Part shown: piece by piece, positions 37,896-51,986 of the stretch | Numbering within the stretch: the stretch's first letter is position 1 | Layout: every line of letters begins with the position of its first letter | DNA from: Octopus sinensis | Taxonomy: Eukaryota | Assembly (NCBI RefSeq): GCF_006345805.1 | Contig: NC_042999.1 | Location: 105,276,001-105,340,000 of the forward strand | DNA length: 64,000 bases | Direction of reading: 5' to 3' | Notes under the pieces: generated by a model | The model's input: only the letters and a program-made list of their open reading frames with translations | The model's database searches: none | Told to the model about the DNA's origin: nothing | Made by a program: the position numbers and the translations under genes

Positions 37896-38470
37896 ATATT
37901 GTTTGGAGTCCGTGCGCTTATAGTATATATCTGTTTCTATTACATTGTTAGATTTCTTAATGAGGGTGTCGAGGAAGGAAGCTTGTTGATGGCTATATTC
38001 CATCGTGAAGTGAATGTTCACGTCAAGTCCATTTATAAGTGCTTGAAATTCTTTAAGTCGCTCCATACTTTCATGTCAAAAATGAAATAATCATCTAGGT
38101 ATCTCTAGGTATTTTCTATGTAGAGGGCGAATGGGCTGCCGTATTATTTTTCTAGAACCTTATAATAAAGACTGATTTTTATATATCCCATGACTAGGTT
38201 AGCAAAGGAGGGGCCATTCTTGTACCCATCGCGGTCTCCGATTTTTGTCGATAGAAATTGTCTCTGAAGTCGTAGTAGTTTTCTCCAAGATAAATTTTAG
38301 CTCTTCTATCTCAAATTCTTTTTTGGTGCGATGTGAGAGTTCGTTGGCGTAATGCTCTAACCAGAATTGAATATTGCCCCTATTCCTAGGGTGTGGGGTA
38401 TATGGGAATAGAAGTTGGCTACATCGAAGGATACTAGTTGTTGTTCATTGTTTTAGGAAGGTGATTGAGT
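37896..38470 (-). mobile_element. Penelope-like reverse-transcriptase fragment
   Basis: SFDVANFYSHIP, RQKSETAMGTRMAP, FANLVMGY, RYLDDY, IHFTME, FLDTLI and DIYYKRTDSKQYL; frameshifted. Confidence 0.9.
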
Positions 38471-38565
38471 TTATGCGGATCGTCCTTTAAGTAGCTTTTG
38501 ACATGCTTGAGGAATGGTTTTAAGAGGGCATCTAAAAATTATATATATAAAATATGTATGTATGT

Positions 38566-38641
<76 letters not shown>

Positions 38642-39063
38642 ATGTGTGTATGTATACGTATATAAATACATCATCATCAAAATAAAATATACTGTGCAAC
38701 AACACGCATTTATAAATAATTCTTTGTTAAAATTATCACTGGCTTTTCTTAGGTTCACGTTAGTATATTCTGAGACTATATTTCTGGATAAATTTGTAAC
38801 TTCAATGACAAGTTCATATCATTGTTTTAATTATCTGTATCAGTAAGCTACGCTCCTCCTTTCTATTTCTGTAGATGGAATGAAGATTATGATGTTGATG
38901 AGCTGATAAGGACTAACGACATTAGTCTAACTTTTACTTCATACCATTTTGCAGTGAGAACCGCTTGTATACTCGGTTTCTATCCTCCGAGCAATGATGC
39001 TAATTGCATCTTTATTAACCGTTCCTATTTAAATTATCACGAAAACGTTTCTTTATATATGCT

Positions 39064-39137
<74 letters not shown>

Positions 39138-39885
39138 AAGAATGAGAGAGAGAGAGAACATGAGAGAGATATGTATTTGTGCAATGTATGTAATGTATAC
39201 ATACAATTTTCCTGTTTACCTATCAGACGCTGTCGCTATAATTCAGAGTAAGATTTAGGCTGCACAATTGACAGTATTCTTCTCTTAGATTCTACAAATG
39301 ATAAATAATCGGAAGTTGTTTACAAATGAGAGCATGTTTACTATGCCTGACACTAGCTTTACGTCTTCAAAGAGAGTCTTATCACACTTCTAATATTGTA
39401 ATGGTTATTGTATTTTTTTTTTGTTTTACTTATATTGTTAAAGATGTTTCTGTTTATCTGATGCTTAGTCCAGATCTATTAGAATTGATGCTGTTAGCGT
39501 ATTTTAGGGAAATGTAAAGCTACGATATATGTTGGTGTCTTTTGTTTTTCTATCACTGATGCGAATTCTGTTTCCGTTGTCGAGTTCAGCTAGATCTAAA
39601 TGTTCGGTGTTGTGTAACATCCAACGAACAAACACCTGACACTTAGGTACTTAACAGATATAAGAACAGTAGATATCATGCATTGGATTTATTTTGTCTT
39701 GCAGTTCTTAATCTAATAAAGTCCAGATATGTTGTGCTTTCTGTTCTGTTCAGTAGATATAAGATTTTTGTTTGTGATGTTATTGTTTGACACATCTGTA
39801 ATCAAAATTACTTCAACCTTGTACATTCTATCGTATTAGATGCATGTAAGACTATGTTAGTCTCTGTGTCCAGGACTCATATAAT

Positions 39886-40272
39886 AACCGTTTCTACTCT
39901 AGGCACAAGGCCCGAACTTTTGCGGGAGGAGGCCATTGGATTAGATCGAGCCAAGTACGCAACTGGTACTTAATTTATCGACCCCGAAAGGAAAAAATGT
40001 AAAGTCGACTGGGGCGAAATTTGAACTGAGAACGTAAATCAGACGAAATACCTATTTCTTTATTACCCACAAGGGGCTAAACATAAAGGGAACAAACAAG
40101 GACAGGCATAGATATTAAGTCGATTACATCGCCCCAATGCGTAACTGGTACTTATCCGAAAGGATGAAAGGCAGAGTCGACTTCGGCGAAATTTGAACTC
40201 ACAACGTAACGGCAGACGAAATACCGCTAAGCATTTCGCCCGGCGTGCTAACGTTTCTGCCAGCTCGCCGCC
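39886..40272 (-). mobile_element. SINE family 2 dimer (full A plus headless B)
   Basis: Reverse complement reproduces the arrangement and junction seen at 10741-11116 (AAAGAAATAGGTATTTCGTCTG). Confidence 0.85.
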
Positions 40273-43200
40273 TTTGCGCTCATTTAATAACGTTACGTTA
40301 TGGGCTTTGGAGATTTGACCACTATTTCTAGTAGATTAAATGATCAGGTGGTTCGTCTGCATATCAGTACGTCTGTAATTTTCTTGGTGTCTACCTGCAT
40401 GGTGGGCATGTTGGGCTCTCAGAACGAGATCGTTGTTGCATTCCGCACATAATGTTGATAGCTTCCTTATTTCGAAGCAATGTGTTTTATGTCTCTACTA
40501 TTTCACTATCTATTCTTTAAGTTTCTGTACTGAACGAGGTAACGTTGTTGCAGTAGTGTTCTATGATGTTTCATGTGCGTCTGTCTGAGAGTGAATGGAA
40601 CGAAGTGAATGGGACTGTGATGATAGGAACTCGCTGTAATAACAATATTCTCCTCACATATAAATCCTTAATTTTAGAATTTAGTTCCATCTATTGAGGG
40701 CTCTACTGTAGTTTATGATACACTGTAATGCGTTGGTGTGCCTTTGTAGTTTGTTGTATTTTTCTGGGGAGAAATCGGTGGCACAAGATCAAGAGACCAT
40801 AAACATCATTAGATAAAATGCCTGTCTGCATCAGAATTTTTTTCATTAAGCAAACGTAATAATCTCAAGTGGTGATTTTTGCTCGTGCAGTATTATGCAT
40901 ATATTTTCTCTCTCTCTCTCTCTCTCTATGTTCTGTCAATTCAATCAATTCATAGCTAGTTTTTAAAATGATTACCATGTTTAACTAGATTAAAGATGCT
41001 ATCATAAATATACTATGAAATAAAGGGATCTCAGTGCGTGGCTGGCAGTTATTTTATGAAAGTTGAAAAAGTGAACTTTATGAGAAAAGAGTATAACTAA
41101 ATAAATCGAGGTTCTTTTTCCCGTTGTCCTGCTAATCCATCAACCATCTGTTGAATTATATACAGCCATGTCACTGAATATAGAATAAACAAATTGAAGG
41201 CATCGGTAACACGAAATTTGAGAACTAAAATGTTGGTACAAGAGAAACTACATACAGATTTATATGCATTGGTCTGTTGCTTTAATTTGCTGTCTCTGTT
41301 GTAATTCAATATAGCATGTAATTCAATGTAATGTGATATAGAGAAGTCATATGCAAAAATGACATTAGGTCCATAACAGAAGTAGAAAAATACATATATA
41401 TTTACTTGAAATATGTCTTCATTTCCCTCTTTGAAATGCAAAAATTTATATATTTTGATAGGGCTTCTGCATATATCTTTCCAAAGGTCATTCAACGGAT
41501 TTCGTAAAGAAAACGATTGGGGAAATAAAATGATTAGTGGGCTACAGATTACATATATAGGAGGTGATGTATTCCAAATTATACCTAACTCCGGCAATCA
41601 GATTCACTATTTTCGCACAGCGCCAACATACAAATTATATAATACTCCTGATCGCGGTTGACGTGAAGAATGTTTACAGGATACAGATGTGGCAGCCACA
41701 TGTGATGTCAAGTCTTTCAATATAATCGCACAAGCTATTTTGGGAAATTAAGAGGAAGTGAATAAAATTGCGTCGCTCGTGTGCGAGTGGGATGATATTT
41801 CTAACCCCAAATAGAACCACGCCTCAAGTAGCATAAATTGGTGATCACACCACTCGGAAATTGAGTGACACTTCTATGCTGGCTACCGTATGTTGCTTGA
41901 TCGTACGTCTGGCTAAAATACTTGGGTCATCGTTTGGGCCAATGCATTCCAGTATATCGTGTATGACCTGGGCAAGGTAGCCATTATCATCCAAAATTGG
42001 GATTAAAGGTCAATGAAAGATCGGACAGGGTAAGTGAAACCTACATCACATCCGTTATTTTACACTATCTTAGCTTCATCACTTCCTCTAATTTGCTCCT
42101 GGGCCGATACGCTTATCTGTTCTTACACATTTTATGGATAGTCGGGTTTTTACTCCATAGGTACTGCTAAAAGTTTCTATTTGATGGAAGTCGATATACT
42201 TCCGTTGTAAGTGCATAGGTTATTGGACGGGGAACATGTGGCTTCAAATGACAGCCGGTTTTTGTCACTGTTCGTCATCTCTTTCACAGGCTTGCAGTCC
42301 GGGATCGGACGAAAGACAGATTTAGGCGTCTAGCACCTGGAATACTATGAGGCAAGCGCAGTCTTCTGTCGGTTGGATAGCACAATATGAATATATTATC
42401 CTTTACATTCTGTGAAAGAGTAGACTTGGGTTTGGGAAATAGTGTTTGTGACGGTATTCGGTCCACACAGGATTATAAAGTTACTGGTAGATCTGTAGAA
42501 ATACAAATGTCCCAGTTCAGAATTCCTTCCAGAACTCCTTGCTACAACACGGCTATCAAGTGGTTGAGGCTCATCAGTTCAGGTTAAATTCTAGAGGCAT
42601 GAAAATGCAGAAATGATCGCTGGTCAAAGAGACTGTCTTCATTCACTCGTTCAATGATGGTCATTGCTTATCTGCAAAGTTATATCGAGAAGCAATTAAA
42701 AAAATTCTCGGTGAAAAACCTCTGACCGACAAAATCAGACAGCTTTACATACCCTGATAACTACAGGGAAAGAGAGTACGCGTGAAGTGATTTCTGTCGA
42801 TATTTTTACTAATACACGTGTGGAAATTTACGAGTGTCACTGTAGATTTATGCAGTTACACTCAGGTGTCTCTCATCGTATGAATTGCATCTCTCTATAT
42901 TTCATCTCCCGTGGCTTTACTGTTATTTATGTCGTGTTTTATCGAACACTCAGGGCATCAGGACCTCTACCATCTTGCGATTTATCCCTGTAATATTCCT
43001 TCGTCTTTCTTAATTCTGGCTAAATAAATAAATGGTTATCATTATTATAGCTAAATGAGATGACGATGTCGTTATTGATGTTACTTTTAGTACTCTTGTT
43101 ACTTGTAGTGCTCTAGTACTCGGGCTATTGTAGTTACAGCTGTTTTAGTCCTTAAAATAGAACTTTACTTTATATTTTTGTTACCGTAAAAGCAGCTACC

Positions 43201-43876
43201 ATTATATTGTAATGGTCATTGTAGTTGTTAAGTTTTCTTTTCTTTCTCCCGTTCTATTTAAGGATGATATGGTTATTTCAATTTTTTTTTTTGCATTCTT
43301 ATTCTTTCTTTTAGTGGTATTCGTTTTTCAGTGCTAACGGTGATGCTGATGCCATTCATTTTCTTGTTACTCTGTTTATTATTAAATATGTTGAGATTGT
43401 TTCCTATTTATTTATTATATTTTTAAAAAAATCAAGTGTTGTTTTGTTGATAAGATTGTTAGTATTTTTTAAAATATTATTTTATTATTATTCATTTGTT
43501 GTGAATTAATGCTTTACTTTTTATGTTAATATTGGAATTCTTGTTGTTGTAGTTGTAACTCTTAATGGTTCTGTTATTGTTAGTGTTAATGGTATTGCAA
43601 TATTTTATGTTGATGGTGTCAATCAATTTGTTTTTGTTGTTGTTTTATGACTATTATTGATTATTCACAGTACTGTTATTATTGGTGTCATAATTGTTAC
43701 TATTGTGGTTGTTGCTCCTGCTATCCTACTGCTCGTCTTCTATTAAATAGCAGCAGCAGCATATTCTAGTTCTACCCAGCTTATCTTCATGAGACATATG
43801 CTGCCATTACCAATGTGCAAAGTATCTATATCATATATATATAAATACATACAGGCATACATATATATACTACATG

Positions 43877-43924
<48 letters not shown>

Positions 43925-46900
43925 AAGAGAAGAATATATAAATATATATATGTATATGAGTAGGTAAGAGCAAGTATGTGTGCGTAGATATATTAGAAAA
44001 CACGCACACCTTCGCAAATACAAACACACATATATGCCTACATGTATTGTGTATGCATAGAGCAAGACACGTTAGTTAAGTGATGCATCACTTCTTTTTA
44101 ATTTATGATGTAATTAACTGTGTATCGATTTATGTGTTATCGCAATATTTTATTCCAATATATTGATGTAGTGTGGCCGTTCAGTCAATGGCAAATACTT
44201 GCAGACATTTGCTTAGTGTTGGGTCCAATGGTTTAGATTTCATTTCAGCCTTCGAATCTGTCACTATGGTGATATACAATATATTCACGTTGTCATCATG
44301 GTACCTACCTCTCTCTCTGTCTCACTTTTCTCCAAGACCTTTACACTCCGAACAGACAGATGCGCGCGCGTATACGCAGATTTCTCTCCCCTCTCTCTCT
44401 CTTTCTCTCTCTCTATCTATCTATCTATCTAGCTACCTCTCTATATATCATATATGTATACATTTCTATGTTTTTCATATATGTATACACATGCATGCAC
44501 ATATATACATATATATATACATACATACAAACATACATGCATAAACACATATCTATGTTATATTCGATTTGCCAGACTGTTCTATGTTGGTGGTGATTAT
44601 TTTTCCAAGATAAAAACACATTCTAACTCTATTTCGCTTCTGTTTATGTTTATTAATCGACTACTTAACTAACGAAGCAATTAATCATTTGCTGCATTAA
44701 TCGTTTGATCAATTAAAATATCAGTTGGTTTTTGAGAGCTGTTTCGTTGCCATGCACGACCTCATTATTACTGTGCCTTAATTGCATGAGGTCTCTTGTT
44801 AAGTATAGAAATTGGATAATTTAAGTTCTGTTTTTCTATTTATAATTTTTAGTAAGTGTGTGATTGGGAGGGATTGAGGGTATGAGCATTAGTGTATGAC
44901 TACATGTGTGTTTCGATAGATATGGAGATATATTTCTGTTGTTCGAACTTTAAATGTGTCTGTATATCATCTGTGCACGTGTATACGCTCGTGGTTTGTG
45001 TGAGCGCGCCAATGTGCGTGGTTGTATAGGAGCGTGCTTGGAACGTAAAAATGCTAATGTCGTATTTCGTTATTGGGTAACAACTTCTTTCAAACTAATA
45101 TGCGTTCAACACGTGGGGGTTAGGGTTTTAGAGTCACCAGAGTTTCGACCCTTGTATTATTCCTCAACGAAAACTACCCTATATCAATCGAGCTAATATG
45201 GGATTTTGGCTCACGTTTATAGTAACCTTTTTCCAATGACAAAATACAACAGTGATTAGCATATTGACGTTCGAAACTAGTAGAACGTATAAAGAATTAA
45301 TATACGCATAATCGTTTTTATTCGTACTGTTTATCAAGAATATGACGATATTAGCAGATATTACCGCACATTAGCAAACAGATAATTTGCTAATTCCTAT
45401 AAACAAAGGAGCAAAATCTCTCGTTGAATTCATTGGTACTGTGTAGAACTAACTGATGAAACGCTCAATAAGCTCTTACTCCAAGGAATCGAGTGATTTA
45501 TGAAAACTTTTCGTCTGAAAGATGTTATATAATAAATACCACAGTGCACAATAATTATTGCAGCCTCAGTTTTAGTGACAGACGTCATTTATTTAGGAAG
45601 TTGATATTATAAAATGGTAAATCATCCAAAATGTGCCACTGTATTATTCAGAATTGCATAATGTAGCATAATCATCCCATTAATTGATAATGCAAAGCAA
45701 TAACATATAATTTAAAGTAATATAATCATAGTAGATGAAGTTAAAATGCTAGTGCTACAGAAATAATGGATATCAAATATAGGTGCAAAATTCAAAATAT
45801 AGAGACTAATCTCAATGTACGTTACATTGGGAAATTTGACACTGCTTAGACAAAAGGATGTAAGCATTTAAGATTATATAGTTTCGGAATTCTGGTGTAC
45901 AGAAGCTAAAATATTGTACTGTAACATAAAAATCAGATAAATAAAAACAGTAAACAAAGCAATTGTAGCATAAAATAACACTCTGTTACGTTAATGCGTT
46001 TCTTAATAGCGGGAAATAAAGATATCGTCTTGGGTGTGTGCTTCATGAAGCTGTTGTGGCTGATTGTGCTCTGTCGGCATGTGAGTTGTGAGTATTCCTT
46101 TTCAAACCTCTCTGACAGTTCAGGTTGCTGCCTTAGATGGACATCCCATGAAAGTTGAGTAATTTATAGATTGGAATATCCAGTCATCTATGACGTTAGT
46201 TAACTTTCAATACACAATCTAAATTCCACCAGATCAGGCTAACATTCTTTGTATGTCGAAAAACTAGATAATTTCTTAAATTCAGGCAAAATGAAAATCT
46301 TCAGCTTCTGGGTAGTAGACAAGTCAGATGTAGTGCCACATCCCAATTTATGCCATTCACTTTGCGGCTATACTGAAATTTATGAACCTTATGCAACACC
46401 ATGTCTTGTAACACAATAATTGCTTTGTATTTCTCTTATCCTGTATGCCACTGATTTTACATGATGAATGAAATTGGCCTTTCGTGGACTTGCGGTAACC
46501 CAATATACGCTACCCTTTACTTCCACGTCATCTCTATATAATGATAATTTTGCAAGGTACCTGTTATGAATAAGACAGTGCATCGTGATCACAGAGGGAA
46601 ATTTATTATAATGATTAATGATTTCGAATTTAGATCTCTATCTTCAAAAGTGTAGTTCACAGTAATAATGTTTTTGTAAAATATTTAATATATCTATGTG
46701 TGTTGGGAAATATACCCATAGTTGGCGGGGGGTGGAGTATTTATGCTTATATTGGCAATGTAATTATATAATTATATAAAGAAGTGAATCATATGACTTT
46801 ACTACACACACGTCTGTTGGATTTTTACTGGATATATCTTATTTATGATATCGTCGAAACCACTCACGAATGTAGTATTATAATTGGGTGACTCCGACAA

Positions 46901-49269
46901 ATATATCTAGGTGGGAATATAAGATTGTATACGATTAATTATAATAATATCTATTATGTGCTTAAGTGGAATAATCAGCCGATTGGAAATATGTTGCTGC
47001 AAATAGTTTCTTCGTTTAGCTTGTAATATGGCGAGTGCATAATGCGTTTAAATATAGTTATAAATAAAAGAATGTTAAGAACGATATGGCAATTAGTTCT
47101 AATCCTTGAGAAATATTTCTAAAAATATCGAAGAAGACGTTTTGATATATTTTTGTAACACGATTTTTATTGTACAACTGATCTCCAGCATTCGAATTAT
47201 ATTAATATCAGCGCCTTTTACTGTTGCACAATCCTTATTGAAATGGAAGGTTGTTTTACTGGTGAAATGCTTTATCTTGAAGTGCATGCACACACATGCA
47301 CACACAGACACTGACGCTCACGCGCACACACTGATACATATACACACACATGCATATGCAGAGATGAAGATTATATCTAGGATATTCACGTTCAATTTGC
47401 CACAATAACATTAATAATTTCTCATGTAGCACTCTGTGTAAGCTATATATTATAAATACAAATGTGTGAGTCTCTATGTGCGTGTATGTGCACGTGTATA
47501 ATGTCTTTGTGCACACGCGTGTGTGCATGTGTGTGCATGTGTGCGCGCGTGAATGTGTCTACCGTAATACTGAAGCACTGCCAGTTTATCTACATGCATA
47601 TCTCTCATCAAACATGCTACAAGATACCATTTAAGTCTTGACTTTTTAAGTAATCATGCTCAGTGAGTTATGGATCTATCCTCAGTCAACTTAAACGTGT
47701 CCATTATTGAACATATTTCACAATGATCACTTGCCCATACAAAGTTAGTGGGGCGAACTTCACAAGATACTAAACTCTGTTCTATACATCTTTACATAAC
47801 AACAATCCTCGGGCTGGAGACATGTATGTGTGTGAATAAAAGATTTATCTTATTGCGCGCATCTCAAACTAACTTCATTCACGGATTCTCCTCGCTTATA
47901 GAGCTTATATGTAACTAGTGAGCCGCACTTTATTTTTTTCCCCGAATTCAGTTTTCTATATCCATATATTTCTTAAATACATCACATACAAAAGCCAATC
48001 CTTTAAAGTTATTGATTTCTTCGGAAAAACACTATTTTGTCTCATTATTTTGTGGTTATGGCTGAGAATTCAGCAATGTATTCTGTCATGATAGTAATAG
48101 TGGTGATAAAATATGCTGCTGAAGTATCCCTTTTATAATCTCGTTTTTTTTTTATCATTATCATTTCGTTACACAAAGGTCATTCTTGAACGATATTCAA
48201 ACAATAACTACCCTTTCCTTTAGTTGCAGTGTCTCTAGACACTCATTAGCTAAATTATCTTACCACTGGAAGTTGTTAGGATAAAATGAGATACAAGTTG
48301 CTACTACCGGATCGAGTCACAAGAGGAGGCTTCCTTGTAGGCTTATATATTTTTTTATTGCCGGTCAGTGTTGCTTTGGTAACAAAATTTTATTAATGAC
48401 GTTACTTTCATTTTGTGGTCCTGTTTTTTTTTTTGATGGGTGTGGTGCGGGAAGTGTGATTCAATTGTGATGTTAGTATTATATTTTATTGCATTTTGAT
48501 GTGTTGTTTGGCAGCTGGCTGCGTAGGAGTGACAATTAGAAACATGATATACTGTTGAAATTTGTATTTTTTAGATGATGATAAAGAATTTGCTGTTATT
48601 GGCTTTCTTGATATATAATAAGGGTAATTTGAGTTTGCAGAGGTGGTAACATTCGTGTATGTTGTTCTCGTTCACATGGCTGAATGGGTGTTGATTAAAT
48701 TGCTAGGTGTACACCCAAACTAGGATGTCGTCGTTGTAGCGCTCTAGTCACACCTTTCTCAGCAAGCTCTATTCCTTGTAGATGTTGTTTTGCTAATTTT
48801 GCCCTATTATCAAACATGATAAAAATTTTAACATTCTGTGCAGAGGAAAAATCTTTTTGGTTTACATTAGTGAAATCCGATGAGAGAAAAGCAAGATATC
48901 AAAAAATATATAAAACTGTATCCTATGCTAATTATGTTTTTCTTGATGAACAAAATGTTGCATTTTATTTTGTAATTAATGGAGGGTGAAAGTACTACAC
49001 AATACATCTCGTGTGAGTAATTATAAAGGAAGAAAAGTTACTGCTGGAAACCCATCTAAAATGTGTGTGTCCTTTTTTTTGAAAATGAAAGAGGGGCTTG
49101 GTTTCAGTTAAGAATAGTGATTCTAAACGAATTTACATAGCAGCACAACAACCTATCAGAGTACAAACAACGTGACACCATCATCAACATCATCATCATC
49201 AGCGGCAGCTGCAGCAACAGCTGCGGCGGTATGTCACACAGCTCTATATTAAGATATGAGTGATTATGT

Positions 49270-49552
49270 TCATTATCTACATTTGAAGAATATTTGTCCT
49301 CATCTTGTTTGTAGTTAACACAACGTTTGGGCTGATATACCCTGCAGCGTTCATCAGTTGTCTTGGGGAAATTTCGAACCAGGACTCTCATTCCTAAGGT
49401 ATTTTTCGATGTTATGATTATTATTCAGGTCACTGCCTGAAATCGATTTCGGAATCTTGGGGTTAGTAGCCCGCGCTCTTAATTACTATAAAAAATGCCC
49501 GTGGGCAATTATGGAGTGAATTTTTACGGTTTATAAATCTAATATTTTACTA
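49270..49552 (-). mobile_element. Second copy of the tRNA-headed HHR SINE-like element
   Basis: Collinear with 30609-30880. Its HHR at 49318-49361 has CTGATGA but GAAA is mutated to CAAA. Confidence 0.8.
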
Positions 49553-50254
49553 TATATTCATCGTCTGCATTTATAATTTTACGTTGAATGTATGTAGAGT
49601 GAATCCAAGTCATATACCTTACAATAGGTTTGTTGTCGGTTTATGTGAGGAAGTGGTCCATGCAGGAGTATGTAATAGTGTTTCCTTGAATCGTTGGCTG
49701 GTGCGGTATCGTCATTAGGTTTTCATCCAATATTTAATGTTTAATGTTTCAGAAGAGGTTTCTTTTATATTTCTCATTTCTTTAGGTAAACCGTAAAAAA
49801 AAAATGTTTTTGCTCGTGAGTTCGAAAGTGCATTTCGAAGCTAACAATATCTGCCAATTTGTGCATAAAGTTCTCTCTAACACCGATGTTTTGGAACATT
49901 CTTCGCTGAGAATTTCCATACATACATGATATCACATCTCCTTCTTCATCATTCAAGAAAGTAGAAGCGCAGTGTTTTCAGGTGTTTCCAGCAACTAAGG
50001 CTTGTAAACGAAGGTATATTACTGGTAAATGGTTTTAGTAAACCTTCAGTTTCTGTTTTGTGACAGATGAATTTGGAGACCAAATCTGTAAACAGTAATC
50101 TAATTGATCAGCAGTAGAGTTTTCCATACAGAGTTAGCATAATTAGCGATAGCCTTGTAAGGTAGGTTCGTAGAATCCAACATATAAGTCGTCTGCGTTT
50201 AGAGGTCATATTCATGGTGTGGCTGATAAAAGATGCATTAATCCTAAGAATGTA

Positions 50255-50271
50255 CCTATCTATCTATCTAG

Positions 50272-50331
<60 letters not shown>

Positions 50332-50336
50332 CTCTC

Positions 50337-50379
<43 letters not shown>

Positions 50380-50395
50380 CTATCTATCTATCTAA
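50255..50395. repeat. (ATCT)n tetranucleotide microsatellite
   Basis: Directly visible. Confidence 0.95.
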
Positions 50396-50446
50396 CTAAC
50401 TATATTTCTATCTAAATATATGTATGAGTATATATATATAAATATG

Positions 50447-50502
<56 letters not shown>

Positions 50503-50833
50503 AAAAGTTAAGTTTGTAAAAGTTTTTAAATCTCATCTCACGAAATTTGTCCAGCTATTGTGTATATAGTACACTCTTCGCCTTGAATGTAATGATATAT
50601 GTATAATATATGGCGTGTACTGGTACACCGGCGATTATAATTAATTTTATTGTATCGCATTTATCTTTGTTTACATATTCTCTCGATAAATTCTGACCGT
50701 TAGACGATATACCACAATCCCCTATTTTGTCGGGTTTGTTCGGAGTCTGCGCAGTGTTTTGAATAGTTTAGAAAGAGCATTTCGATAGAAGCACATGGAT
50801 CTATTGGTATGGTCTTTCCATCATTAACAGGAA

Positions 50834-50906
50834 TCTTACTGATGAGCCAGCCTGGGTAAATAAATACTATTTTTATTACTGAATTTGGCGAAACTGCAGT
50901 TTAAGA
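50834..50906 (+). ncRNA. Type I hammerhead ribozyme, array unit 1
   Basis: TCTTA-CTGATGA-GCCA..TGGC-GAAACTGCAGT-T/TAAGA. Canonical core, G-C first pair in stem II, palindromic stem III ACTGCAGT; predicted cleavage after 50901. Confidence 0.88.
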
Positions 50907-51237
50907 AAAGTTAAGTTTGTAAAAGTTTTTAAATCTCATCTCACGAAATTTGTCCAGCTATTGTGTATCTAGTACACTCTTCGCCTTGAATGTAATGATA
51001 TATGTATAATATATGGCGTGTACTGGTACACCGGCGATTATAATTAATTTTATTGTATCGCATTTATCTTTGTTTACATATTCTCTCGATAAATTTCTGA
51101 CCGTTAGACGATATACCACAATCCCCTATTTTGTCGGGTTTGTTCGGAGTCTGCGCAGTGTTTTGAATAGTTTAGAAAGAGCATTTCGATAGAAGCACAT
51201 GGATCTATTGGTATGGTCTTTCCATCATTAACAGGAA

Positions 51238-51310
51238 TCTTACTGATGAGCCAGCCTGGGTAAATAAATACTATTTTTATTACTGAATTTGGCGAAACTG
51301 CAGTTTAAGA
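51238..51310 (+). ncRNA. Type I hammerhead ribozyme, array unit 2
   Basis: Identical to the unit 1 motif; predicted cleavage after 51305. Confidence 0.88.
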
Positions 51311-51600
51311 AAAGTTAAGTTTGTAAAAGTTTTTAAATCTCATCTCACGAAATTTGTCCAGCTATTGTGTATCTAGTACACTCTTCGCCTTGAATGTAAT
51401 GATATATGTATAATATATGGCGTGTACTGGTACACCGGCGATTATAATTAATTTTATTGTATCGCATTTATCTTTGTTTATATATATATATATTATATAT
51501 ACAGAAAGAGGAATTTCGATTATCCCCACGTGTGGTCTGTAATGTATATAAGAAATTAAAAAAGGAAAATACGCACACTTAAATGGTTTTAATAATTTTT

Positions 51601-51900
51601 AATATATCGATCGGTTTCGCTATCGCTATTCATGATATTATATTTTATCTGTTTGAATATATATTTTTGAATATATGGGTTTGAATATATAACAGTTATC
51701 TCCCTTACACACAACAATCACAATAATAACAACCAATTACCTCCCTTTATTTGTCTACTTGTGAAGTCATTCGTCGTGGATTTATTCACACACATGGTCC
51801 AAATTTCTTCTTAAGAAAAATTATATATTCAAACAAATACAACATAATATCATGAATAGCGAAACCGGTCGATATATTATGTATAATATTTATGTGTATA

Positions 51901-51905
<5 letters not shown>
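51601..51905. repeat. Short repeat with about 60-bp inverted arms carrying an HHR-like motif
   Basis: 51601-51662 is the approximate reverse complement of 51822-51878; 51808-51905 recurs inverted at 54880-54977. Confidence 0.7.

Positions 51906-51984
<79 letters not shown>

Positions 51985-51986
<2 letters not shown>

Larger units (their letters stand above)
50499..51480 (+). repeat. Tandem array of a 403/404-bp HHR-containing unit (about 2.4 copies), retrozyme- or pLTR-like
   Basis: Units start at 50499, 50902 and 51306, are nearly identical, lack an ORF, and are flanked by (TA)n on both sides. Confidence 0.92.

Noticed and set aside
41640-42600. Higher-complexity stretch with weak hAT-like peptide hints (ATSVSC)
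   Set aside because: The motifs are too short and the frames are full of stops; no assignment can be supported.
45950-46600. Coding-looking stretch (VKGSVYWVTA on the minus strand; a 58-aa open frame on the plus strand)
   Set aside because: No recognisable domain or consistent exon boundaries were found.
50499-51480. Direct repeats considered as a CRISPR array or simple satellite
   Set aside because: There is no repeat-spacer pattern. The units are whole 404-bp duplicates in eukaryotic DNA and are better explained as an HHR-containing element.
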